A stretch of 10,193 nucleotides of DNA from a virus: the UHGV virus genome UHGV-1549111; one strand, given 5' to 3'. Below the pieces are notes generated by a model, which saw only the letters and a list, made by a program, of their open reading frames with translations, searched no databases and was not told the DNA's origin. The translations under genes were made by a program, and so were the position numbers. Positions 1 through 7,585 of this stretch are shown here, piece by piece (positions within the stretch are counted from its first letter, which is position 1; the number at the start of each line of letters is the position of its first letter).

Positions 1-46
1 AGATTTCTGCCTGTCTCGTGGGCTCGGAGATGTGTATAAGAGACAG
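1..46 (+). other. Non-biological Illumina library sequence: P7 tail (AGAT), 8-nt i7 index (TTCTGCCT), and Nextera read-2 transposase adapter GTCTCGTGGGCTCGGAGATGTGTATAAGAGACAG at 13-46
   Basis: Exact 34-nt match to the Nextera read-2 adapter at 13-46, ending in the Tn5 mosaic end AGATGTGTATAAGAGACAG. The preceding 8 nt TTCTGCCT are the reverse complement of AGGCAGAA, which from memory is Nextera index N703. Positions 1-4 AGAT match the 3' end of the P7 primer. The six-frame ORF 18-236 begins MGSEMCIRDR, the familiar translation of this adapter. Confidence 0.9.
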
Positions 47-47
47 A

Positions 48-236
48 TATAAAACTCATCAGAGAAAAATGATGGCTGTTTTGGATGAAATCGGTATATC
101 GATTAGTAATGGGCCCAAAAATATTTTTATTGAGGTTGAGAGTCAAATTTTGGATTATATCGATACTATTAATTTGTCATTTTGTCACTCCTCATCAGTG
201 ATAGAATTAAGTAGAGTAAAAAGGAAGTATATATAG
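48..236 (+). CDS. 3' fragment (about 63 codons) of an unknown AT-rich gene truncated by the contig end; possible accessory cargo gene, function unknown
   Basis: Reading frame is open from the first genuine base after the adapter to a TAG stop at 234-236. About 30% G+C (56 of 190 bases counted by hand), against the visibly GC-richer phage genes. Followed immediately by a stem-loop terminator. Translated tail YKTHQRKMMAVLDEIGISISNGPKNIFIEVESQILDYIDTINLSFCHSSSVIELSRVKRKYI has no motif I recognise. An internal ATG at 69-71 could instead start a 55-aa ORF. Confidence 0.35.
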   Translation, partial: YKTHQRKMMAVLDEIGISISNGPKNIFIEVESQILDYIDTINLSFCHSSSVIELSRVKRKYI

Positions 237-238
237 TT

Positions 239-277
239 AAGTTGGCGGGATTGCATTCCGCCAACTTTATATATTTA
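239..277 (+). terminator. Rho-independent terminator-like hairpin between two convergent genes
   Basis: Perfect inverted repeat GTTGGCGG (241-248) / CCGCCAAC (258-265) with a 9-nt loop, extendable by two A-T pairs (239-240 / 266-267), followed by TTTATATATTT. Lies 3 nt after the plus-strand stop at 236 and 12 nt before the minus-strand Q stop at 279-281. The T-rich tail is on the plus strand; the minus-strand side is A-rich, so bidirectional function is uncertain. Confidence 0.45.
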
Positions 278-278
278 C

Positions 279-1298
279 TTATAAGTTATAATCAAGGAAT
301 TTTATGACTTCCATATCTAACCATTCATTTATTGACTTTATTCTCTCCTGTAATGGAATGAGTTCATTGCGGACAAAGACCTTTGCCACTTTTTCAATAT
401 CTCCTAGTGACCCGACATTCTCCGGCTTACCGCCCATCAACTGAAAGGGGATGCGGTGTGCGTCCAGGAGATCTGCGGCGCTGACTTTTTTGATATTAAA
501 AAAATCGTCCTTCGTCGCCACTTCACTGAGGGGGATAATTTTAATGCCGTCGGCTTTCCCCTGTGGGGCATAGAGAAACAGGTTTTTAAAGTTGTTGCGG
601 CCTTTCGACTTAACCATGTTTTCGCGAAGCATTTCGATATCGTTGCGATCCTGCACGGCATCGGTGACATACATGATGTATCCGGCATGAGCGCCGTTTT
701 CGTAATACTTGCGGCGGAACAGCGTGGCCGACTCATTCAGCCAGGCAGAGTTAAGGGCGCTGAGATATTCCGGCAGGCCGTACAGCTCCTGATTGATATC
801 CGGCTCCAGCAGGTGAAACACGGAGCCGGGCGCGAAGGCTGTCGGCTCGTTGAAGGACGGAACCCACCAGTAAACATCCTCCTCCACGCCACGGCGGGTA
901 TATTTTGCCGGTGAGGTTTCCAGTCTGATGACCTTACCGGTGGTGCTGTAACGCTTTTCCAGAAACGCATTACCGAACACCAGAAAATCCAGCACAAAGC
1001 GGCTGAAATCCTGCTGGGACAGCCACGGGTGCGGGATAAACGTTGAAGCCAGAATATTGCGTTTAACGTAAATCGGTGAGCTGTGATGCACGGCAGCACG
1101 CAGGCTTTTTGCCAGACCGGTAAAGCTGACCGGTGGCTCATACCATCTGCCGTTACTGATGCACTCGACGTAATCCAGAATATCACGGCGGTCGAGTACC
1201 GGCACCGGCTCACCAAAGGTGAATGCCTCCATTTTCGGGGCGCTGGCAGTCATTGTTTTCACCGCTGGCTGCGGTGTTTTCCCTTTTTTCTTGCTCAT
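279..1298 (-). CDS. Q: Portal protein (P2 gpQ-like), 339 aa
   Basis: Translation recognised as P2-family portal protein. ATG at 1298-1296 overlaps the stop of the upstream terminase gene (ATGA overlap), the typical P2 Q-P arrangement. Confidence 0.93.
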   Translation of the reverse strand: MSKKKGKTPQPAVKTMTASAPKMEAFTFGEPVPVLDRRDILDYVECISNGRWYEPPVSFTGLAKSLRAAVHHSSPIYVKRNILASTFIPHPWLSQQDFSRFVLDFLVFGNAFLEKRYSTTGKVIRLETSPAKYTRRGVEEDVYWWVPSFNEPTAFAPGSVFHLLEPDINQELYGLPEYLSALNSAWLNESATLFRRKYYENGAHAGYIMYVTDAVQDRNDIEMLRENMVKSKGRNNFKNLFLYAPQGKADGIKIIPLSEVATKDDFFNIKKVSAADLLDAHRIPFQLMGGKPENVGSLGDIEKVAKVFVRNELIPLQERIKSINEWLDMEVIKFLDYNL

Positions 1299-3070
1299 CA
1301 GTAAAACTCCAGAATGGTGGATGTCAGCGGGGTGCTGATACCGGCGGTGAGTGGCTCATTTAACAGGGCGTGCATGGTCGCCCAGGCGAGGTCGGCGTGG
1401 CTGGCTTCCTCGCTGCGGCTGGCCTCATAGGTGGCGCTGCGTCCGCTGCTGGTCATGGTCTTGCGGATAGCCATAAACGAGCTGGTGATGTCGGTGGCGC
1501 TGACGTCATATTCCAGACAGCCACGGCGAATAACGTCTTTTGCCTTGAGCACCATTGCGGTTTTCATTTCCGGCGTGTAGCGGATATCGCGTGCGGCGGG
1601 ATAGAACGAGCGAACGAGCTGGAACACGCCGACACCGAGGCCGGTGGCATCAATTCCGATGTATTCGACGTTGTATTTTTCGGTGAGTTTGCGGATGGAT
1701 TCAGCCTGGGTGGCAAAGTCCATGCCTTTCCACTGGTGACGCTCAAGTATTCTGAATTTGCCACCGGCCACCACCGGCGGTGCCAGCACCACGCATCCGG
1801 CACTGTCGCCACGGTGTGACGGGTCGTAACCAATCCAGACCGGGCGGGAGCCGAACGGATTCGCGGCAAACGGCGCATGGTCTTCCCATTCTTCCAGCGT
1901 GTCGACCATGCAGCGTTGCAGCTCCTCGAACGGGAACACCGACGCCTTGTCGTCAACAAATTCACACATGAACAGGTTTTTAAAATCGTCGGCGCTGTTT
2001 TCGCGTTTAAGCTGCTCAATGTCGAACAGCGTGCAGCCACCTTTCAGGGCGTCCTCAATGGTGACAATCTGCCGCCACTGACCGTCCGCACAGAGAAGCC
2101 CACCGGCAAGAGCGTTATGACTGACGTCGATTTCCACGCGTTCGGCGGCGCTGGCGCGTCCCCGGTTGAACAGTTCACCCGACCAGAACGGGTAGGCGTC
2201 GTGCGCCAGCGTGGACGGGGTGGAGAAATAGGTCGAGCGCAGGTGACTCTGTGAGGCCATACCTGATGCCACCTTACGCAGTACCTGAAAATTCGGTATC
2301 CAGAAAATCTCGTCGACGTACAGGTCGCCGTTATGGCTCTGCGCGGTGTTGGAGTTGGTGCCGAGAAAAATCAGTTTTGCGCCGTTATTGCCCAGGACAA
2401 TCGGGTCACCGGTCAGGTCAACGTCAACCAGCCGGGCAAAGGCGATGATGTATTCGCGGAACACATACGCCTGCGTTTTACTGGCCGACAGAAAAATCTG
2501 GTTATGACCGGTTTTCAGGGCGCGCAGCAGCGCCTCGCGGGAAAAATAAAACGTCGCGCCAATCTGGCGGGATTTCAGGATATCGCGGATGCGGTGCTCA
2601 AGCCCGGCGCGATACCAGTGCAACTGATATTCGAAAGACTGCTCAAAGAAAATCTGCTCCAGCTTTTCGATAGCCTCGTCACTGAAAAAATTCTTTTTCG
2701 GTTTGCGCCGCCCGCCTTTGTTGCGGTTAGCGATGTTCGGATTAAGGTCTGCCTCGTTGCCGGTCTGGCTGTAGCGGTTTACCCGTGCCAGTCGTTCAAT
2801 CTGGCGTCCGAGCAGGTCAATTTCCTTGAAGTCACCGCCGGTTTTCTGCGGTTTGATGATGAGCTGGGTCAGCCGCGCTTCCAGACTCATTTCGACACGG
2901 CTGATGGGGGCAACGCTGTCCCAGCCGTCGCGCTGTTTCCAGCTCTGCACCGTCGGGCGTTTCATCTGCAACATGGCGGCAATCTGCGGCACGGAAAATC
3001 CCTGCCAGTACAGCAGCGCCGCCTGACGACGCGGGTCGTGTAAAAGAGTGGTGTCTGTGGTGATGGTCAT
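1298..3070 (-). CDS. P: Terminase large (ATPase) subunit (P2 gpP-like), 590 aa
   Basis: Translation recognised as P2 gpP. I place the start at the ATG 3070-3068 (MTITTDTTLL...) rather than the ORF-track start at 3100, because a GAGG Shine-Dalgarno sits 5 nt upstream of it and it gives the 590-aa length I expect for gpP. Confidence 0.92.
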   Translation of the reverse strand: MTITTDTTLLHDPRRQAALLYWQGFSVPQIAAMLQMKRPTVQSWKQRDGWDSVAPISRVEMSLEARLTQLIIKPQKTGGDFKEIDLLGRQIERLARVNRYSQTGNEADLNPNIANRNKGGRRKPKKNFFSDEAIEKLEQIFFEQSFEYQLHWYRAGLEHRIRDILKSRQIGATFYFSREALLRALKTGHNQIFLSASKTQAYVFREYIIAFARLVDVDLTGDPIVLGNNGAKLIFLGTNSNTAQSHNGDLYVDEIFWIPNFQVLRKVASGMASQSHLRSTYFSTPSTLAHDAYPFWSGELFNRGRASAAERVEIDVSHNALAGGLLCADGQWRQIVTIEDALKGGCTLFDIEQLKRENSADDFKNLFMCEFVDDKASVFPFEELQRCMVDTLEEWEDHAPFAANPFGSRPVWIGYDPSHRGDSAGCVVLAPPVVAGGKFRILERHQWKGMDFATQAESIRKLTEKYNVEYIGIDATGLGVGVFQLVRSFYPAARDIRYTPEMKTAMVLKAKDVIRRGCLEYDVSATDITSSFMAIRKTMTSSGRSATYEASRSEEASHADLAWATMHALLNEPLTAGISTPLTSTILEFY

Positions 3071-3243
3071 GAATACCTCGCCGTGATGAATACACGGCAA
3101 GGCTACTGAGTCGCGCCCCGCGATTCGCTAAGGTGCTGTTGTGTCAGTGATAAGCCATCCGGGACTGATGGCGGAGGATGCGCATCGTCGGGAAACTGAT
3201 GCCGACATGTGACTCTTCTAATCACTTTTCAGGACTCCTGACA
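3071..3243. promoter_or_regulatory. Divergent intergenic region between P and O; expected site of the divergent P2 late promoters for the P-Q and O-N-M-L operons
   Basis: 173-bp non-coding gap between two divergently transcribed late operons. In P2 the activator-dependent late promoters PP and PO lie here. I could not find a perfect TGT-N12-ACA activator half-site pair by eye, so this is a positional call only. Confidence 0.45.
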
Positions 3244-4098
3244 ATGGCAAAAAAAGTCTCAAAATTCTTTCGTATCGGCGTTGAGGGTGACACCTGTGAC
3301 GGGCGTGTCATCAGTGCGCAGGATATTCAGGAAATGGCCGAAACCTTTGACCCGCGTGTCTATGGTTGCCGCATTAACCTGGAACATCTGCGCGGCATCC
3401 TGCCTGACGGTATTTTTAAACGTTATGGCGATGTGGCCGAACTGAAGGCCGAAAAGATTGATGACGATTCGGCGCTGAAAGGCAAATGGGCGCTGTTTGC
3501 GAAAATCACCCCGACCGATGACCTTATCGCGATGAACAAGGCCGCGCAGAAGGTCTACACCTCAATGGAAATTCAGCCGAACTTTGCCAACACCGGCAAA
3601 TGTTATCTGGTGGGTCTGGCCGTCACCGATGACCCGGCAAGCCTCGGCACGGAATACCTGGAATTCTGCCGCACGGCAAAACACAACCCCCTGAACCGCT
3701 TCAAATTAAGCCCTGAAAACCTGATTTCAGTGGCAACGCCTGTTGAGCTGGAATTTGAAGACCTGCCTGAAACCGTGTTCACCGCCCTGACCGAAAAGGT
3801 GAAATCCATTTTTGGCCGCAAACAGGCCAGCGATGACGCCCGTCTGAATGACGTGCATGAAGCGGTGACCGCTGTTGCTGAACATGTGCAGGAAAAGCTG
3901 AGCGCCACTGAGCAGCGACTCGCTGAGATGGAAACCGCCTTTTCCGCACTTAAGCAGGAGGTGACTGACAGGGCGGATGAAACCAGCCAGGCATTCAGCC
4001 GCCTGAAAAACAGTCTCGACCACACCGAAAGTCTGACCCAGCAGCGCCGCAGCAAGGCCACCGGCGGTGGCGGTGACGCCCTGATGACGAACTGCTGA
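3244..4098 (+). CDS. O: Capsid scaffolding protein with N-terminal serine protease domain (P2 gpO-like), 284 aa
   Basis: Start ATG 3244 (MAKKVSKFFRIG...) with AGGA Shine-Dalgarno at 3231-3234. Counted from this start, residues Asp19, His48 and Ser107 are present, matching the catalytic triad I recall for the gpO protease. The 22-codon extension from 3178 in the ORF track has no ribosome-binding site. Confidence 0.92.
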   Translation: MAKKVSKFFRIGVEGDTCDGRVISAQDIQEMAETFDPRVYGCRINLEHLRGILPDGIFKRYGDVAELKAEKIDDDSALKGKWALFAKITPTDDLIAMNKAAQKVYTSMEIQPNFANTGKCYLVGLAVTDDPASLGTEYLEFCRTAKHNPLNRFKLSPENLISVATPVELEFEDLPETVFTALTEKVKSIFGRKQASDDARLNDVHEAVTAVAEHVQEKLSATEQRLAEMETAFSALKQEVTDRADETSQAFSRLKNSLDHTESLTQQRRSKATGGGGDALMTNC

Positions 4099-4156
4099 CC
4101 GGCGTCAGCCAGTCCGGGAAAACCTTCACGATTAACCCTTAATTTCAGGAAAAACT

Positions 4157-5230
4157 ATGCGCCAGGAAACCCGCTTTAAATTTAATGCCTACCTGTCCCG
4201 TGTTGCCGAACTGAACGGCATCGACGCCGGTGATGTGTCGAAAAAATTCACCGTTGAACCGTCGGTCACCCAGACCCTGATGAACACCATGCAGGAGTCC
4301 TCTGACTTTCTGACCCGCATCAACATTGTGCCGGTCAGCGAAATGAAAGGGGAAAAAATTGGCATCGGTGTCACCGGCTCCATCGCCAGCACCACCGACA
4401 CCGCCGGTGGCACCGAGCGTCAGCCGAAGGACTTCTCGAAGCTGGCGTCCAACAAGTACGAATGCGACCAGATTAACTTCGATTTTTATATCCGCTACAA
4501 AACGCTGGACCTGTGGGCGCGTTATCAGGATTTCCAGCTCCGTATCCGTAACGCCATTATCAAACGCCAGTCCCTTGATTTCATCATGGCCGGTTTTAAC
4601 GGCGTGAAGCGTGCCGAAACCTCTGACCGCAGCAGCAATCCGATGCTGCAGGATGTGGCGGTCGGCTGGCTGCAGAAATACCGCAATGAAGCCCCGGCGC
4701 GCGTGATGAGCAAGGTCACTGACGAGGAAGGGCACACCACCTCTGAGGTCATCCGCGTGGGTAAGGGCGGTGATTATGCCAGCCTTGATGCACTGGTGAT
4801 GGATGCGACCAACAACCTGATTGAACCGTGGTATCAGGAAGACCCTGACCTTGTGGTGATTGTGGGGCGTCAGCTACTGGCGGACAAGTATTTTCCCATC
4901 GTCAACAAGGAGCAGGACAACAGCGAAATGCTGGCCGCTGACGTCATCATCAGCCAGAAACGCATCGGCAACCTGCCAGCGGTACGCGTCCCGTACTTCC
5001 CGGCGGATGCGATGCTCATCACGAAGCTGGAAAACCTGTCCATCTACTACATGGATGACAGCCATCGCCGCGTGATTGAGGAAAACCCGAAACTCGACCG
5101 CGTGGAGAACTACGAGTCAATGAACATTGATTACGTGGTGGAAGACTACGCCGCCGGTTGTCTGGTGGAAAAAATTAAGGTCGGTGATTTCTCCACACCG
5201 GCTAAGGCGACCGCAGAGCCGGGAGCGTAA
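4157..5230 (+). CDS. N: Major capsid protein (P2 gpN-like), 357 aa
   Basis: Translation recognised as P2 gpN. AGGA Shine-Dalgarno at 4147-4150, 6 nt before the ATG. Gene order O-N-M. Confidence 0.94.
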   Translation: MRQETRFKFNAYLSRVAELNGIDAGDVSKKFTVEPSVTQTLMNTMQESSDFLTRINIVPVSEMKGEKIGIGVTGSIASTTDTAGGTERQPKDFSKLASNKYECDQINFDFYIRYKTLDLWARYQDFQLRIRNAIIKRQSLDFIMAGFNGVKRAETSDRSSNPMLQDVAVGWLQKYRNEAPARVMSKVTDEEGHTTSEVIRVGKGGDYASLDALVMDATNNLIEPWYQEDPDLVVIVGRQLLADKYFPIVNKEQDNSEMLAADVIISQKRIGNLPAVRVPYFPADAMLITKLENLSIYYMDDSHRRVIEENPKLDRVENYESMNIDYVVEDYAAGCLVEKIKVGDFSTPAKATAEPGA

Positions 5231-5233
5231 CCG

Positions 5234-5977
5234 ATGACGAGTCCCGCACAGCGCCACATGATGCGGGTCTCGGCAGCGATGACCGCGCAGCGGGAAGCCG
5301 CCCCGCTGCGACATGCAACTGTCTATGAGCAGATGCTGGTCAAGCTGGCCGCAGACCAGCGCACACTGAAAGCGATTTATTCAAAAGAGCTGAAGGCCGC
5401 GAAAAAACGCGAACTGCTGCCGTTCTGGTTGCCGTGGGTGAACGGCGTGCTGGAGCAGGGCAAAGGCGCACAGGATGACATTCTGATGACGGTCATGCTG
5501 TGGCGTCTGGATACCGGCGATATTGCCGGTGCGCTGGAGATTGCCCGTTATGCCCTGAAATACGGTCTGACCATGCCGGGTAAACACCGCCGCACCCCGC
5601 CGTACATGTTCACCGAGGAGGTCGCGCTCGCGGCCATGCGCGCCCACGCGGCCGGTGAGTCTGTGGATACCCGCCTGCTGACGGAGACCCTTGAACTGAC
5701 TGCCGCTGCTGACATGCCTGATGAAGTGCGCGCAAAGCTGCACAAAATCACCGGTCTGTTTCTGCGTGACGGTGGTGATGCCGCCGGTGCGCTGGCGCAC
5801 CTGCAACGTGCGACACAGCTTGACTGTCAGGCAGGCGTCAAAAAAGAGATTGAACGACTGGAGCGGGAGCTGAAACCGAAGCCGGAGCCGCAGCCAAAAG
5901 CGGCCACCCGCGCCCCGCGTAAGACCCGGAGTGCGACACCGGCAAAACGTGGACGCCCGAAAAAGAAAGCCAGTTAA
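5234..5977 (+). CDS. M: Terminase small subunit (P2 gpM-like), 247 aa
   Basis: Starts 3 nt after the N stop, with GGGAG at 5221-5225. Translation recognised as P2 gpM; basic Lys/Arg/Pro-rich C-terminal tail. Confidence 0.9.
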   Translation: MTSPAQRHMMRVSAAMTAQREAAPLRHATVYEQMLVKLAADQRTLKAIYSKELKAAKKRELLPFWLPWVNGVLEQGKGAQDDILMTVMLWRLDTGDIAGALEIARYALKYGLTMPGKHRRTPPYMFTEEVALAAMRAHAAGESVDTRLLTETLELTAAADMPDEVRAKLHKITGLFLRDGGDAAGALAHLQRATQLDCQAGVKKEIERLERELKPKPEPQPKAATRAPRKTRSATPAKRGRPKKKAS

Positions 5978-6076
5978 CAACCGAATGCGCCCCGCGCCAG
6001 GGCGGCACGCCGGTCAGTGAGGGTGAATCACCTGACACTGTACCGGCGTCCACCGCCCGACTTTTCAGAGGTAGTC

Positions 6077-6586
6077 ATGATGACGCTGATTATTCCGCGA
6101 AAGGAGGCTCCCGTGTCCGGTGAGGGTACGGTGGTCATCCCGCAACCGGCAGGCGACGAGCCGGTGATTAAAAACACGTTCTTTTTTCCCGATATCGACC
6201 CGAAGCGCGTCCGGGAACGTATGCGCCTTGAGCAGACTGTCGCCCCCGCCCGTCTGCGTGAGGCCATCAAGTCAGGCATGGCGGAGACGAATGCGGAGCT
6301 GTACGAGTACCGCGAACAGAAAATTGCCGCCGGTTTTACGCGTCTGGCGGACGTCCCGGCGGACGACATCGACGGTGAAAGCATCAAAGTTTTTTACTAC
6401 GAGCGCGCCGTGTGCGCGATGGCGACCGCATCGCTTTATGAGCGTTATCGCGGCGTGGATGCCAGTGCGAAAGGCGACAAGAAGGCCGACAGCATTGACA
6501 GCACCATTGATGAGCTGTGGCGGGATATGCGCTGGGCGGTGGCGCGCATCCAGGACAAGCCGCGCTGCATCGTGAGTCAAATCTGA
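6077..6586 (+). CDS. L: Head completion/stabilisation protein (P2 gpL-like), 169 aa
   Basis: Start ATG 6077 (MMTLIIPRKEAP...) preceded by AGAGG at 6067-6071. Stop TGA 6584-6586 overlaps the X start codon. Confidence 0.9.
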   Translation: MMTLIIPRKEAPVSGEGTVVIPQPAGDEPVIKNTFFFPDIDPKRVRERMRLEQTVAPARLREAIKSGMAETNAELYEYREQKIAAGFTRLADVPADDIDGESIKVFYYERAVCAMATASLYERYRGVDASAKGDKKADSIDSTIDELWRDMRWAVARIQDKPRCIVSQI

Positions 6587-6789
6587 TGAAGGCCTTTGCG
6601 CTACAGGGCGACACGCTCGACGCCATTTGTGTCCGGTATTACGGGCGCACTGAGGGCGTGGTTGAGGCCGTGCTCGCCGCAAATCCGGGACTGGCTGAAC
6701 TGGGTGCGGTGCTGCCACACGGCACCGCCGTCGAACTGCCCGACGTTCAGACCGCGCCCGTGGCTGAAACTGTCAATCTGTGGGAGTAA
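6586..6789 (+). CDS. X: Tail protein X (P2 gpX-like, small LysM-like baseplate protein), 67 aa
   Basis: ATG 6586-6588 overlaps the L stop (ATGA). Translation MKAFALQGDTLDAICVRYYGRTEG... recognised as P2 gpX. The ORF-track extension from 6517 merely overlaps the end of L. Confidence 0.85.
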   Translation: MKAFALQGDTLDAICVRYYGRTEGVVEAVLAANPGLAELGAVLPHGTAVELPDVQTAPVAETVNLWE

Positions 6790-6792
6790 CGC

Positions 6793-7074
6793 ATGACAGC
6801 AGAAGAAAAAAGCGTCCTGTCGCTTTTCATGATTGGGGTGCTGATTGTTGTCGGCAAGGTGCTTGCCGGTGGTGAACCCATCACCCCGCGTCTGTTTATC
6901 GGGCGCATGTTGCTCGGTGGTTTTGTCTCGATGGTTGCCGGTGTTGTTCTGGTGCAGTTTCCTGACCTGTCACTGCCTGCGGTGTGCGGCATTGGCTCCA
7001 TGCTGGGTATCGCCGGTTATCAGGTGATTGAGATTGCCATTCAGCGCCGCTTTAAGGGCAGGGGGAAACCGTAA
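6793..7074 (+). CDS. Y: Holin (P2 gpY-like), 93 aa
   Basis: GGGAG Shine-Dalgarno at 6782-6786. Small protein with hydrophobic membrane-spanning segments and a charged C-terminus (RRFKGRGKP), located immediately upstream of the endolysin. Confidence 0.88.
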   Translation: MTAEEKSVLSLFMIGVLIVVGKVLAGGEPITPRLFIGRMLLGGFVSMVAGVVLVQFPDLSLPAVCGIGSMLGIAGYQVIEIAIQRRFKGRGKP

Positions 7075-7571
7075 TGCCGGTAATTAACACGCATCAGAAT
7101 ATCGCCGCCTTTCTCGACATGCTGGCCGTGTCCGAAGGGACGGCGAACCATCCGCTGACGAAAAACCGGGGCTATGACGTGATAGTCACCGGACTGGACG
7201 GGAAGCCGGAAATTTTCACCGACTACAGTGACCACCCGTTCGCACATGGCCGACCGGCGAAGGTGTTTAACCGTCGCGGTGAAAAATCAACGGCCTCCGG
7301 TCGCTATCAGCAGCTTTACCTGTTCTGGCCGCATTACCGCAAACAGCTTGCCCTGCCGGATTTCAGTCCGTTGTCACAGGACAGACTCGCCATTCAGTTG
7401 ATCCGCGAACGCGGTGCGCTGGATGACATCCGGGCGGGACGCATTGAGCGCGCCATTTCACGCTGTCGCAATATCTGGGCGTCCCTGCCGGGTGCCGGTT
7501 ACGGTCAGCGTGAGCATTCACTGGAAAAACTGGTCACCGTCTGGCGTACCGCTGGCGGCGTACCGGCTTAA
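7074..7571 (+). CDS. K: Endolysin (P2 gpK-like; lambda R-type lytic transglycosylase fold), 165 aa
   Basis: ATG 7074 overlaps the Y stop (TAATG). Clear similarity to lambda R from memory: FLDMLAVSEGT, GYDVIV, FTDYSDHP, IWASLPGAGYGQ, including the catalytic Glu in the SEGT motif. Confidence 0.93.
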   Translation: MPVINTHQNIAAFLDMLAVSEGTANHPLTKNRGYDVIVTGLDGKPEIFTDYSDHPFAHGRPAKVFNRRGEKSTASGRYQQLYLFWPHYRKQLALPDFSPLSQDRLAIQLIRERGALDDIRAGRIERAISRCRNIWASLPGAGYGQREHSLEKLVTVWRTAGGVPA

Positions 7572-7585
7572 ACGGAGTAAACACC

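Noticed and set aside
18-236. 72-aa ORF beginning MGSEMCIRDR as a complete gene
   Set aside because: Its first roughly ten codons are translated adapter (positions 18-46). Only the part from position 48 onward can be genuine, and that part is a 3' fragment of a gene truncated by the contig edge.
2333-3043. 236-aa plus-strand ORF antisense to P, together with 1370-1819, 1877-2254 and other ORFs inside P and Q
   Set aside because: Shadow ORFs of the kind that arise opposite real genes in GC-rich coding DNA. Each is fully overlapped by a confidently recognised gene, has no ribosome-binding site, and has low-complexity Arg/Ala/Gly-rich translations.
1298-3100. 600-aa version of the terminase gene starting at 3100 (MPCIHHGEVF...)
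   Set aside because: The ATG at 3070 has a GAGG ribosome-binding site and gives the expected 590-aa product; the upstream ATG has no comparable signal.
3178-3243. N-terminal extension of O (MRIVGKLMPTCDSSNHFSGLLT)
   Set aside because: It lies in the promoter-bearing intergenic region and has no ribosome-binding site. The ATG at 3244 has an AGGA motif and puts the protease triad at the expected residue numbers.
4145-4735. 196-aa minus-strand ORF inside N, and similar antisense ORFs at 5381-5980, 6272-6718, 7604-8005 and 9289-9813
   Set aside because: Same reasoning: antisense to recognised late genes, no translation signals, biased composition typical of out-of-frame or antisense reading of GC-rich genes.
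5988-6012. GC-rich stretch GCGCCCCGCGCCAGGGCGGCACGCC considered as a possible cos-like or terminator element
   Set aside because: The inverted repeat is imperfect, there is no U-tract, and it does not match the P2-type cohesive end as I remember it.
6017-6076. N-terminal extension of L, and likewise the extensions of X from 6517 and lysC from 8162
   Set aside because: Each internal ATG (6077, 6586, 8279) has a Shine-Dalgarno or a stop/start overlap and gives a protein of the expected length. The extensions simply read through upstream spacer or the preceding gene.
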